NCBI GenBank assembly: GCA_000934665.2
Contig: KZ538715.1
Span: forward strand, 1 to 51,932
Length of the DNA stretch: 51,932 nt
Direction of reading: 5' to 3'
Source: Catajapyx aquilonaris
Lineage: Eukaryota
Both the position numbers and the translations under genes were made by a program. The notes beneath the pieces are model-generated. The model was given only the letters and a program-made list of their open reading frames with translations, had not been told where the DNA came from and searched no databases. Below are positions 25,428-37,537 of the stretch, one piece after another (position 1 is the first letter of the stretch; every line of letters starts with the position of its first letter).

Positions 25428-25704
25428 AGGGAGGCATGGTGGTCTGGTGGTTACGCCACTGGCCAGCCAAGCGGGAGACCGGGGTTCAAATCCCGTCCCC
25501 GTCACCTCTGCTTGCCCTGGGCTTTATCCGTTTTTCACCCGACATTCCGGAGCAGAACTGCACTCCCTTCTCTGCTCGGGGCCAGGAGAAAAGGCCTGTT
25601 GCTAAAGAATGTCAGAAATGGCTATCGCACGGTGCCCTCCCTTGGGAACTTCCCCTTCCCCCCTAAGAGGGCTCCGCCCTATCACGGGGTTAATTTTAAA
25701 AAAA
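25428..25704 (+). mobile_element. tRNA-derived SINE, full length with TSD
   Basis: A box tggtctggtgg and B box ggttcaaatcc. Tail cccctaagagggctccgccctatcacggggt with an A-rich end. Perfect 14-bp TSD gaatcatgtggcca (25414-25427 / 25705-25718). Confidence 0.93.
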
Positions 25705-28149
25705 GAATCATGTGGCCATTCTAAAATAGCAGTTAACAGTCTCTCAGCTAACTGTTATTGACCTCCGTTCCGTGTCAGCCTATATTTCCGCGTCACATTA
25801 CAGAAGAAATGTGTACAAAAGAAGATCACTCCATGTTTATTTGAGACTCAAAACCGACGCGAAGAGTAGAATATTCACTGAAAAAAAAAATTCTGAAGTG
25901 TCACTTAATGTCAAAATATGACATGAGTAAATGGGAACCTACTGCATCGTTCTCACTGATTGGGTACTAGATGCTCAAGGCAGGTGATATACGACTCGAT
26001 TACTCTGCAGAATAAGCTGAGAGTGCTATCTGAGTTCATGCTCTCGCAGCAGTTTTATAAATGGCGAATTACGGTACAGCGGGTGATCCAAAGCTTCGTT
26101 CCTCCGCCTGTTTTCTCGTTTGATATAGAAGTTAATGACCTGCATCAATCATAGTGGAAAAAAGTGGAATGCACCATAGCTTTCTGTCGCATGGTACACA
26201 GCTCTTCTGCGAGAGGATTTCCTTCAAGTAGCGGAAATGATACACGAATTTGGATAGTGCATAATTTGAGAGGACCCTATTGGCCTGACTTGAATACTGT
26301 TTATCTCCTGCTTACATGTTAGCAATAAATAATTATGTAGGCATATACACCATATGATCTGAACATTATGAAACATCATGTATGGAGTAAAGGGCAGAAG
26401 TCTGGTAGGGTAAAAATGTTGTGAAGACACTTTGTGTACCGGTACCTCTATGTCAACAGCAGTAGTTACTGGTTACTCACACTCGTGTAGTATTAGTACG
26501 TATTATCCTGGAAGTTAATTGTCTTGAACTTACACATATTGCTTTCCTATAGTTAACTATTATTTCCCCTTACATTTTCTCGAACTTGAAAAGACGCCGT
26601 AAGGATTTTAGCATGCTACGTTTGCAAAACGAGGCAATTTGATCCAAAAAGACATTTATTTAATTATGTGGTCGACTAAGGTAGTTTTATTTGGAACCTT
26701 ATTTTCGGCTGAAACTCCCCTGAGATCGGGACTAGGGTAACGGTTTTTACGGCACCATACATTGACCAATTAAAATAATATATTAATGTGCCCTTCTTTC
26801 CTATTATCCAGCTCCCACTTGTCCAATATAAAATCTACTTATTGTTGAGAGAAAATTGTGTTTTCATCTGGAAGTTTATTGTGGATTACATTATTTTAAA
26901 ATAGCTAATGCGCAGGATCATACCCACTGAGTCTCAGCTTTTCCAGGCTTTAGGCGAGGCGTGAATTTAGGGATTACTGTAAGACTGACGTATAGGCCTA
27001 CTATTATGGCAAATCTCCATTATGACAAAAGCTTTAATACGGTTGGATATAGGATACAATAATTTTAGTAGTGTCACGCTTTTTTCAAACTCGTGACCGA
27101 AGAACAATATGGCTCAGGTAATCTCTATAGGTGTTAACAGTATATTTTCATATAGGCTACTCTGTTGACATGTCCTGAAGGGAAAGGTCGCACGTAAATT
27201 CGTGTTAAGAATGAGGTCAGTCGATGCTATAATTTTGCGGAAAGACACTAACTTCTCGTAACATCCATCTGGTGTCCGAATCGACCATGTCTCTGCAGAT
27301 CTTGGCTACTTCAGTTCATTGGAAACTCACTTACTCAAGGTTACTTCACAATATCTGGACCAAATGGACGGTTAGGAAACAAGCGATTGAGACACTACTG
27401 CCACAATCGCTCTGACGGGCGGAGAGCTGGTGACGTGTCCCAGCGTTTGAAAAGCGGAAAGCTTGTGGGTCTTAATAAAATGACGCTCTGGCAAAAAGAG
27501 GGGATCTTCTTTTGTAGAAAGGCGACTACTTTTGGCATTGTTAGACGAAAAAGAATGCCATGTTGCTGTTGCCTCCTAAACCGTCCGCTCATCTTCGCTC
27601 AGCCGCCGCGCCGTGCCGCCCAGCGAGAAAGAGCGGAATTTGTGAATTGACATTGTTACATCAACTGCATTTTCACCTGCAAAATCAACATTGTCACCTA
27701 CATCGATACTGAGCATATGCGGAGACACTAACTTATCGACTTCGAAAGAAATTCCCAGAAGGTCTAGTGACCAATCGGGTTGGTGTCAAGGATGACTTGA
27801 CAATTTCCACATAAATCCAGGTCCTAGTTTTTTTTTTTTTTTTTTTGAATCACTGGCCATATTTGAGTGACCTACTGAGAAACTCTTCGCAGGACCCGCT
27901 GTGGGTCCCCTCTTGCGCTTTCCTGACCTGAATAATATATTGCGGAAGTCTAGGATGATTCCGTTTTATGGGCACAGGCGGAGAATTCGGCATATTGATG
28001 CTACAATCATATTCCGGAAGCACCACTGTTGGCTGAGCCTGTGGGTGGGGTGGGTGGATCAGAAGCTCTTTTCTCCTCTAGTGCCTACCCTTCTACGTAA
28101 GTAATCAACTAGATGCTACGATGGTTCTCCAAGAGCTCTCCCTCATTGA

Positions 28150-28280
28150 ATCCCCGACTACATTGAGGTTAACAAGTTCACAAATAACCCCTTGACTCCA
28201 GCTTTGTATAGCAGCCAGAGGGCTAAGAAAATAAAGTGGGCCATCTTAGATTTTGTGACACCTTCGTATCCACAAGATGG
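28150..28280 (-). pseudogene. possible degraded LINE reverse-transcriptase fragment
   Basis: Reads LWLLYKAGVKGLFVNLLTSM*, resembling the segment that follows the DLSKAFD motif of non-LTR RTs. The motif itself is not intact. Confidence 0.35.
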
Positions 28281-28315
28281 GGATAGTCCAGCAGTGGCGA
28301 GGCAGTTTTGCTGAC

Positions 28316-28750
28316 AGATGGCGTGGATGCTGGGGGTGTCGGGTTGCAGCCTCGCGCTCATTGGCGGGTGGAGTCCAACTCCGACTCCAACTGCGGATGC
28401 ACCCTGCCCCGTGTGTAGCCGCCTTTAGTTGTGAGACGGCCGGAATCGAAGCTAGTTTGATAAACAGATTGCTTCCAACCTGTGTATTACTGGACCACGA
28501 CCCTGGGTCAGGTCAAACATCATAATCCAGAATCCTACCTGACACAATAGCTGAAACACGTACTTTTGGCCCTATTTTGAGACTAGAGACACGAGTTCAC
28601 AACAGCTGTGCCGAGAGGATCGCGTATAATTATAAGGTAACACTTGATATGAATACCCGCTGGAAACATTTGGCTGCTTTGACGCAGGCTGCGGCAGATA
28701 TGGAAGTGACTGAGTGAGGACAGATCCGCTGAAAGGCATTCATGAGAGAC
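28316..28750 (+). mobile_element. old retroelement remnant (dispersed repeat followed by an RTE-like C-terminus)
   Basis: 28316-28520 is homologous to 43361-43520 (agatggcgtgg; gtga.ac.gccgga..cga.gctag; acctgtgtatta.tggaccacgac). 28655-28740 reads TRWKH ... WK*LSEDRSAER, similar to the RTE W..LA.DRSAWR motif. Confidence 0.5.
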
Positions 28751-30981
28751 TAACCAAGCCTTGTGGATGCCACAGCTGTGACTGATGTGAACATTAGTGG
28801 GCCAGGCCAGATGATACCGTTTGACAGGGGAGTTGTCACTCACCAGAGTATTTGTTGCGGGTCATGCACGCTACTGTGGGCTTAAATTAGATTCGCAATC
28901 ACAAACTGCAGGTGGATCGACAGGGGATAAAAGATTGATCAGATGGGGCTGATTCGGCAGGTCCTAACTACTGCACTCTTGCAACAGAGTGTACATAGGA
29001 TGCGAGTTGATAGGGATGCAAATTGTGTCCATTGACCTGGTCGAATTTTTGTTTTTATTGAGGCGTTTCGTTAGTGCCCTTACAGTTAGGGGTAAATACT
29101 TTCTTTAGGGCTGCTCCACTTTGGAAAAAAAATAACGCCCACGCCAATCGCAATCGTTTCTGGCGGTTTGGGTCGAACGTGGGTGCCAGAGAGGGGGAGA
29201 TTATTACTGGATGGGAAAACATTTCTGATAATAAGATTTTTAGTGAAAATTGTACTATACAGGGTGCTCCAAGTTTCAACCGAAATAAAAATTATACTTA
29301 CTAAAAGATCTCCGTTATTTCCGATGATGGTTGTTATTAAGATTTGCAATAGTGCGATATATTGTCAGGATTCTTCTCTCCTTGAGAGGACAGTATAGGC
29401 ATCATCACCACAGAGGTCCGACTCCATATCCTTCCAATGCAATTCAATGGTTTGGTAATTGCCAATCGAGAATTTTGAAACTGTTTCAAACACGTACATT
29501 ACAAACACGTTGCATTATTATAGGTGTTACATGTGTGGCATGCGGACATTTGTCAGTCAGCCCAATTTTGTGGCAATTCTATGTGGGGAACAACTGTATG
29601 TAAAAGAGAAATGACATATCTATCCATTTCCAAGCCAAATGATGGCAGTTGGCCAAATGACACAAATACATCACAGTGAATGATTAGTGTACTTTTTAAA
29701 AACCTCATTTTCCTTATCTCCTAAGCCGCCAAAAAAGTCAGTTAAGGAATAAGATGCACATATAATTGCGGCAATAAAATTACAAGTTTAAAGAGTTTGA
29801 GGGTTAATGGAGCGAAAATGCAATTTGCAAGTTATTTCCGTGACACATTGTACAGTACATTGTCGTAACCAAATGCTGTGGTGGCAGATACTCAGCGAAC
29901 TGTATACTCTGTTTCTCTGCTACCTATAAGGTTACCTAAGCTACAATCAACTAAGGATGGTCAGAGATGCAACCTACCATATAAGGCAACTTTCAATCAC
30001 TCATATTACGCCATAAAAATAATGCCTCTTTCCTTACTTTCTGACATTTTAATCGTGGAGAGTGATTCAATTTGTATTTACAAAAAAGTAGGCCAGGGCA
30101 GCATGGGTGTATTTTTACAATAACACAGTAAGTGCCGGTATCATCATAAAAGTTACATCATCATATGCGTATACAGAATTATAGCATTATTATAATTATG
30201 ATTGAGTTTATAAAACATTATTTGATGACAGAAATGAATATGAAGGAGGTATGTGCGACACTACAGCACAACTGCACCTCTATCGTCATACTTTAATGAC
30301 AGTAATAGCTTTACAACAACAATAGCTATCACAACTTGCGTAAATAAAACGAAGAACAGGCCCTTTCTAATTTCATCCTAACTTGATTATCTTACAAATG
30401 ACTTCACATTCACCTTATCAAGCAGTCCCAACTACTTGGAACTTGCGGTGAATGCAACAGTTCACCTAGCGTACATGGCCGCTGGCTTGGCCGCTTATGG
30501 CGATTTGGATACGATTTATTTTGCAAACACTCACCCTGCTCAGCTCGTACGTTGGCCAAAGTACCTGGCACTCACGGTTTACACCTTCATCCCCCTGCGT
30601 CTCTGCGGGCAATTACAAATGTACTTAACTATCGCATAGCTCCTGTAGGCCGCAGTAAAGTGGCATCGAGAGGGACGCGAAACTTGACATTCAAAAGTAG
30701 GATACCTGTATGTTTCAAGAGCTACAAAACTGGCTGTTGGCTGCATAAAGGTCTTTTTCTGTACCGTAGGCCTCAGTGTAAACAATGTCCCTCTGCACCA
30801 TTTTAAGAGCTTGATGCAACAAGTCAATGATACTCGTCGCTGTATACGACCGTATTACCTGACCTAAATTCTTCAAGTTATTGTTATCTGCATAACAATT
30901 AAATATCAGTGGGCAATGTATATTGCAGACACAAGGAAGTACCTCCAAAAAGTTATTTACATTATGTTATGCCCAATTATT

Positions 30982-31570
30982 CTCACAAGGGAAGGTCACA
31001 GCGTGATAATGACGGATCTTGATGAAATTTAACATGCTAATACAGGACAATATATGATACCCAAAAACGAAATATTTCATGCGGAGGCCCATATTTGCAA
31101 AAGTTATGACGTCATAAAGTTCAAAAAAACAACAACATTTTCATTGAGTTCATAATGGGATTACATTAGCGACCACAGTCATATAAGACCACATTGAAGT
31201 GTGTAATCAGTTTCTACACTTTGTCTCATCGGAAATAAGTCCTACATAACGGCTCTGTATCTCTTACGGTTTAGGCCTTGATACCTGTCCACAGACGGAC
31301 GGACGGACAGAGCCGTTCTGTAGGACTCTTTTCCGATGAGAAAAAGTGTAGAAACTGATTACACACGTCAATGTCATTACATGTGGTCGCTAATGTAATC
31401 CCATTATGAATGAAAATGTATTATTTTTGGAACTTTAAGACGTCATAACTTTTGCAAATATGGGCCTCCGCACGAAATATTTCATTTTTGGGTATCATAT
31501 ATTGTCCTGTATTAGCAGGTTAAATTTCATCAAGATCCGTCATTATCACCCCGTGACCTTCCCTTGTCAG
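30982..31570. mobile_element. long foldback element (~270-bp imperfect inverted arms)
   Basis: acaagggaaggtcac..gtgataatgacggatcttgatgaaatttaa ... ttaaatttcatcaagatccgtcattatcac..gtgaccttcccttgt. The arms pair inward to acggctctgt / acagagccgt. The spacer has (GGAC)n. No clear TSD. Confidence 0.92.
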
Positions 31571-32206
31571 CTTAGTCGACATGGAAGCTGGTGATATAAT
31601 ATTGGGTCCAAAAAGCTGAAAACAGCTTCCGGCGAAATTTGGAATAACTAAAAAGACTGGTCAATATTTGGAACGTACTGTATTTATGAAAAGAGTTTTC
31701 TGGTCTCCTTTGACCTCGAATATCAAGCCGAATCTGCTAATGGTCTTGCGACATTGAGGTAGTTCCATATCAAGCCATCTCTCTGCCTGTCTGCCATATA
31801 CATGAAATTCTGTCCAATTGGTGGGCGCTTTGAGGTCTTCTGATGACGTCTGGTCGAGCAGCGAGGATGGGTCGCAATATGAAAAGCTCGAAGCACCAAT
31901 CCCACTTAATGAAGGCAATTACAGCGGATTGACGGTTATTTCGCTATTATAGCCAGATTCTGCAGGCTAGAGGTCTTTAGTTAATTTATTTTCCATCATG
32001 CATCATATACAATCTCGTATTTTTCAACATATAAGCAGAAGGTCGTATTTCGCTTTCAAAAGTAAGGTCACGATAGTAGGTCATTATCAAAACGAGGCTT
32101 CTTTCAGTCGAACACTTCAAAAAACAGGAAATTCAGATTTAGTAAGTCTCTTCACGGCCCAGGTCACCTACTAATCGCCAATGGGAGTGGGACATATACA
32201 CGCACA

Positions 32207-32537
32207 CAGGGTGTCCCATCTTTTTTGTCCGAACAGTTATCGGAAAATTGCGCCTAGCTGCTACTTTTTAAGCAGTGACTTGCAACCGGTGATTTGTCGG
32301 AGGAATGGGGAATGGGGAAAAAGAGGGGGCACACATCCCATGGCATGTGTGGCCCTCTTTTTTCCAAGCTTGACGCTCAATTTTCAGCGGGCAGCACCTA
32401 TGCCACTTCAACCTACGATTCGCAGGGAATATTCCCCGTTCCTCCGAAAAATCACCGTTTGCAAGTCACTGCTTAAAAAGTAGCAGCTACGCGCAATTTT
32501 CCGATAACTGTTCAGACAAAAAAGATGGGACACCCTA
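32207..32537. mobile_element. MITE family A, copy 2
   Basis: cagggtgtcccatcttttttgtccgaacagttatcggaaaattgcg ... cgcaattttccgataactgttcagacaaaaaagatgggacaccct. Confidence 0.92.
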
Positions 32538-32539
32538 TA

Positions 32540-32819
32540 TATAATTTTACCCCATTGGGAGAATCAGCGCTCCATTAGGGGGGTGGAATAACACCATTTC
32601 ACCACTCAATATTTCTGAAATTTTATCCACACACATGGATGGGGCCAAGGATAGGGAGGGAAGGAAGCGGCTGTGGCCTATTGGACGGAAACGACCCCGG
32701 AATTATCCTGGGAGGGATCATGGAAAACTACAGAAAACCACGGTCAGGGTCGCCGGCCCCGGGTATCGAACACAGTACCTCCCGATTAGCAGTCTGTACT
32801 ACACCAACCTGCTTCGGTA
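32540..32819 (-). mobile_element. tRNA-derived SINE (same head and body as 49281-49604, different spacer)
   Basis: 32648-32819 is the reverse complement of about 49281-49462. The minus-strand tail is cccccctaatggagcgctgattctcccaatggggtaaaatta. Confidence 0.85.
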
Positions 32820-33677
32820 AACATTCCATAAGAAATACCATACTACCCAGGAAACATGGTGTCGTCATAATGACGTCATTATTTAGTCATATTGGTCAAA
32901 ATGACGTCTCAATGACGTCAGTTTACTGACCTTACAATATTATTTAGCATTGCCTGTAACCAGGAATTAACACACTTTTGACAAAGTAAGGTAGCCTGGT
33001 TTTGATAATGACCTACTCTAACAGCCAGGGAAATTGGAGGTGACGTGGTGATGATGAAGAATAGATATGTCAACAATGCGTTCAGAGTTTGGATTGAGGT
33101 AGTGGGTGGTATCAAGATAAAACTTAGCTTTGTGCCGACCATCTACCATAAGCCACTGTCGATTAGGCTCACGGTAATGTGTCACATTACCCATACATTA
33201 GTGCGTATGCGATCAAGTTGACGAGATAAGGCAGCGTGACCTATGAGAAATGGACCTAATGGAGTCGAATGAAATCGAATCTTGAACGACTAATGGGGTT
33301 CCAACGGCAACGGAACCAAAAGTAGCAAATCGAGCCCCCCTATTATAATCTGAACTCCGAACCGCAGCGCAGTTCAGTCAGCGAATAGGGAAGCTCCCAA
33401 GATTTGACAGCATTCATCATGGCAAAAGACAGGCCCTGTCTGGCTAACACAGAAATCCTCCTCTTTTGCACGAAATGTCATGAGCTCCATTGCTGACTGC
33501 ATTGGGCGTGTAAAACGGTCACGTAGGCTACTTGAGCCCAAATAAAACAGAGCAGAAGGTAGTCCAAGTGGAGGGTCGTGGGTAGAAATGGCCAACCGCT
33601 CCACTGCATTATTTTCCACTCGCTTCTGGTCTTTACGGTTAGGAGCACTTGCCTGCCAGGGGAACGGCAGTACTTAC

Positions 33678-33786
33678 TGCATGTACTTTTTTCCACGTAG
33701 AGATAGGCACGAACCGGATCCGTCTCTGAATTGTTTGGTTTGGAATCAAATGAGGCCAGACCAACTTCAATACGATGTTCACCAAA
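33678..33786 (-). CDS. candidate internal exon, frame uncertain
   Basis: Acceptor attttgccaaaacag| and consensus donor |gtaagt. 109 nt, open in two frames (FGEHRIEVGLASFDSKP... or LVNIVLKLVWPHLIPNQ...). Confidence 0.25.
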
Positions 33787-33946
33787 CTGTTTTGGCAAAA
33801 TACGGTGATGGGAGGGTCGAAAATTGATATTTTGGCTACAAAATTGGAGACGAATGTGTCAGCTGCTATCAACTGCTTACTGAACAACAGACTGCTTATA
33901 AGCACTATTCCTGTTTGTCAGACCACGGCACCCTGTACAACGTAGT

Positions 33947-34394
33947 CAGGGAGCATATACTACATAAGAGGCGCAAACATTCGATTTTTGCGTCTCTTTG
34001 TTTTGGGCGTTGCCAAGGCTGGCGGCCATTTTGAAATGTGTGGAGCGCCAACGAGGTATAAATAGGGTACAGGCAGGCCGTCAAGGTCCGCGGGGGTCCG
34101 CCATCTTTGATGGTTTTGGCTGCCATGGCAATACACGGCAATGACAATATTTACTTACCTATTCCAATATCGAATTCAAATTCGCGCGTGTTCTTGCCGT
34201 ATAGTTGCCATGGCCGCCAAAACCATCAAAGATGGTGGACCCTATTTTTGCCTGTACCCTATTTATACCTCGTTGGCGTTCCACACACTTCAAAATGGCC
34301 CCCAGCCTTGGCAACGCCCTATAAACAGAGAGACGCGAACATCAAAGGCGCCGACAGAAGTGCGCCTCTTATGTACTGTAGTATATGCTCCCTG
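33947..34394. mobile_element. foldback MITE with a 7-bp TSD (P-element-like?)
   Basis: cagggagcatatactaca ... tgtagtatatgctccctg, with arms pairing over about 190 bp. acgtagt is duplicated at 33940-33946 and 34395-34401. Confidence 0.9.
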
Positions 34395-36537
34395 ACGTAG
34401 TGTAACATTTCATATGGTCGTAAACTTGTTGAACAAAAATCAGTTAATTAGGGCGAAAGGTATTTAGTTCCAGAGCATATCATATCAGTATTTAAGCCGT
34501 CGTGTTGGTGGTATTGCGTGGGTTTGTTGGATGTCGTACACTACTGAAAAAAATGCCTTGTTATGCAATGATGCTTTGATGTAAGCTTAGAAGTCAACCA
34601 TGACAACGCATGTAATCACCAAATTGCCACTGATTACAAATTGAAACTAAGCATCAGCATCAAAATTGTAACATTTTAACAATCGGGTAGACTTTCTGAG
34701 GGAATATTTCAGTTTTAGTGTTGTGCTAGTTATTTGGTTAATAATGATAATAAACTGCCTCAACATGTGGCGCCTGTATTAATAGGCAATTTTCCTTCAT
34801 AGAGGTAAAGCCTAGTTCATGTGAAGGGTTTTAATATAGGGCAATTAAGTGAAATTATTATATGCTAATGAATGATTTATTACTTGCATCAAATTCTCAA
34901 TTATCATTATATTGTACTATGAAAGTGTACACAAGCCCAGAGTGGAATACTTTATTAGCAGTAATATTATTAAAAAAGTAGGTCTAAGAGTTATATGCAG
35001 GGTGCATAATTTTATTCGTGTAATGTCAGTTAAGCCGTCAAGGAATTGACGTAACTGAGTTAACATCTGCGAATGCCTCCCATATTGTATCCAAAATATG
35101 ATATTAACTGCATTAAACAACAAAAGGCAATTACAAGCTAGATTAATTTTTCCCAGAGTGATTGTGCAGCGAGGAATATGCTGGATTTTTTTTTGCATAT
35201 TTTCTCATATATCGAATCGTCTGTTAGTAACAATGTAAAATTAACCGAATTCCCGTAAACTAAAATTATAGGTCAGTTGATATACTCCCGGAGGGAGTTC
35301 ACATACCCAGGAACTCTGCAAGCTGACGTCATATAACTAGTTCGTCTGCTAGTGCAGTTAGCAATAGAAGTTTACATGGGCCACGTTTCTTTGCTGCGTA
35401 GGATTTTGACTAGTGGGATTAATCCATCATCTTTCTTTCCCTCTTCCTAACAAGTCCTTGACAAAACTCGGCTATATTTTGTTAAAACCACTATGCAGGT
35501 CTTAGGCGCCTTGTGGTTCAATTTCACAAACTCTTTATACGTAAAAAAAATTGGTTCGCAATAATTCTGCATACGCTTGAACTTTATTTGACAAATTATG
35601 GTAATTATTTCTTCCAATAACTATCGTTAAAAAAACCTTTAGGGGAGATCAAATGGTATGTGCCACTGATTTAGACCGAACTGTTTTTGACTGGTCAGGT
35701 GCTTCAGATGCAAATCACACGAAGGGAACACTTCACAGGGGACAATTAGCCTACTTCAACAATGCAGACAGGCGTTGTTCCAACGGCCGCCATGTGTTTG
35801 GTTAACGTGGTTCAAAATAATAATAAAAATTCGGCACACCCAGAAAGAACCTCCACAGCTGAAAAGGGTACGTGGTTTAGCAAACCAACCCTATAAACAG
35901 GAACCTTTCGTTTGAAGTGCCCGCAACTTCCTGGGAAAAGAATTCAACCCCTTTTCATCCATTTTGGGCATACCATCATACAACGCAGCTACTTTTTACA
36001 GGACAGACAGTGTGTAAGACACATGTCCAGTAAGTCCTCTGAAAAAATTATATTTAAAACTAAATAAAAAAAACTATCTTACATCTTGGTGGCCATTTGC
36101 AAAATGATAGTGCACCTCCAGAGCCAAAATGTCGACAGTTGCAGACTATTCACAGTCCATTCAAGAAGTGCTCGTTTGCGTAGCATAAAGCGGGTGTTTA
36201 CAAACTTGCATCATCAGTTCCCTTCCTTTAGAGTTGACAAGCTGGACGTCTTACTCCGAGCCCCCAAAAGAAATGCAGTAAAGTTTGAATTGCGGCGGGT
36301 CCCCTAAGGTGATGGATGAGTCACGCCAGGTAGATAAGATTGAATTTCATCTTCATGTATACTTGACGTTCTGCAACCGGTGCGACAGGCGTCCACCAAA
36401 AAGTCAACTTATCGAATCAGCTTGAGTAAATCCATCACCCTCTCGGCGACCCGCCAATTCAACCATCCAGTCGAAAATAACAGTTATTAATTAATAGGTA
36501 ACGGTATGCTATATAGAGCTATGCCGAATGCTGTTAA

Positions 36538-36953
36538 AGGGACACTCCACTCAAAATACAACTTGGGTTCTAAAAATCGGGCAAAAAATCCTGATTCCGA
36601 GGGTAGAAGCAGTTTTTCTTAGAGACGAACGGTAAGGCCAGTGTGAAAGCTGGAAGTGTGTCGTTCGAAAACCGCGCGCGGGGCAGGTGGGCGCAGGTGG
36701 CGACGCCACCAGAGTGGAACCGGGCGGAACTAGAGAAGGCATCCTGGCGCGGCAGTTGTTTGTTGAGCACACTCTCTACTTTTCCGGTTTGCCGCGGGAT
36801 GCTGTTGTATCGCCCTTCTTAGCAGACGACGTGTGTAGATATATGATTTTCCGTGTTACCGTTGGTCGTAGAAAAAAACCGATTGCACATTCGGAATCAG
36901 GATTTTTTGCCCGATTTTTGGGGGCCAACTTGTATTTTGAGTGGAGTGTCCCT
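36538..36953. mobile_element. Kolobok-like non-autonomous DNA transposon
   Basis: TTAA|agggacactccactcaaaatacaa ... ttgtattttgagtggagtgtccct|TTAA, with a further IR aaaaatcgggcaaaaaatcctgattccga. GC-rich core. Confidence 0.88.
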
Positions 36954-37509
36954 TTAAGGAGCAATTGTGGATGGCCTTACTGTTGCTGTATTTATCACAA
37001 CGTATGTTCCCGATGCAAATCAATACGGAGGCCTCAACGTATGCCCCAGGGTGATCATTAGGGGTAGTTTTTAACGGGGAAGGTTTTTAGCATATTGGAC
37101 CTGACCTCCGAGGTCATCCTTGGCCGCAGGAGGCGAATTACCATGTCCCCATAAGGTCCCATCACGTTTATCACACAGCTAATACCCTCATCACCAACAG
37201 TTACATTATAACTACTTCCAAAACCGTCCAAAACCAGCCAAAGCAGCGATTGTTACTCCGGCTCGCCATCTCCCATTTCTTTTCATCAATTTTCAACGGT
37301 TTATTCGACCACGGTTTGATCTTATTCCATTTTTATCCTAGACACGGTGGCACGGTCCAGCTACGGCCTCGGGGAAGGCCCAGGGTGCTTTAAATACCGA
37401 CCTGTTTTATTAGGCTGTAAGACTGGGGGGCAACATTTCTTAAGGCTATGTTGCAGTTGCAGTAACAACAAAATCAATGAGTTACTTCAATGGAAACGTA
37501 TTTTATAAA

Positions 37510-37537
37510 CCGGGCAACGCCGGGGGTATCCTTCTAG
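37510..37537 (+). mobile_element. orphan Helitron 3' end
   Basis: ccgggcaacgccggg hairpin then ...ttCTAG|T. Same hairpin as the Helitron copies but with unrelated upstream sequence. Confidence 0.65.

Noticed and set aside
31661..31918. Protein-like 85-aa minus-strand ORF
   Set aside because: No canonical start or splice boundaries, and the opposite strand reads equally plausibly.
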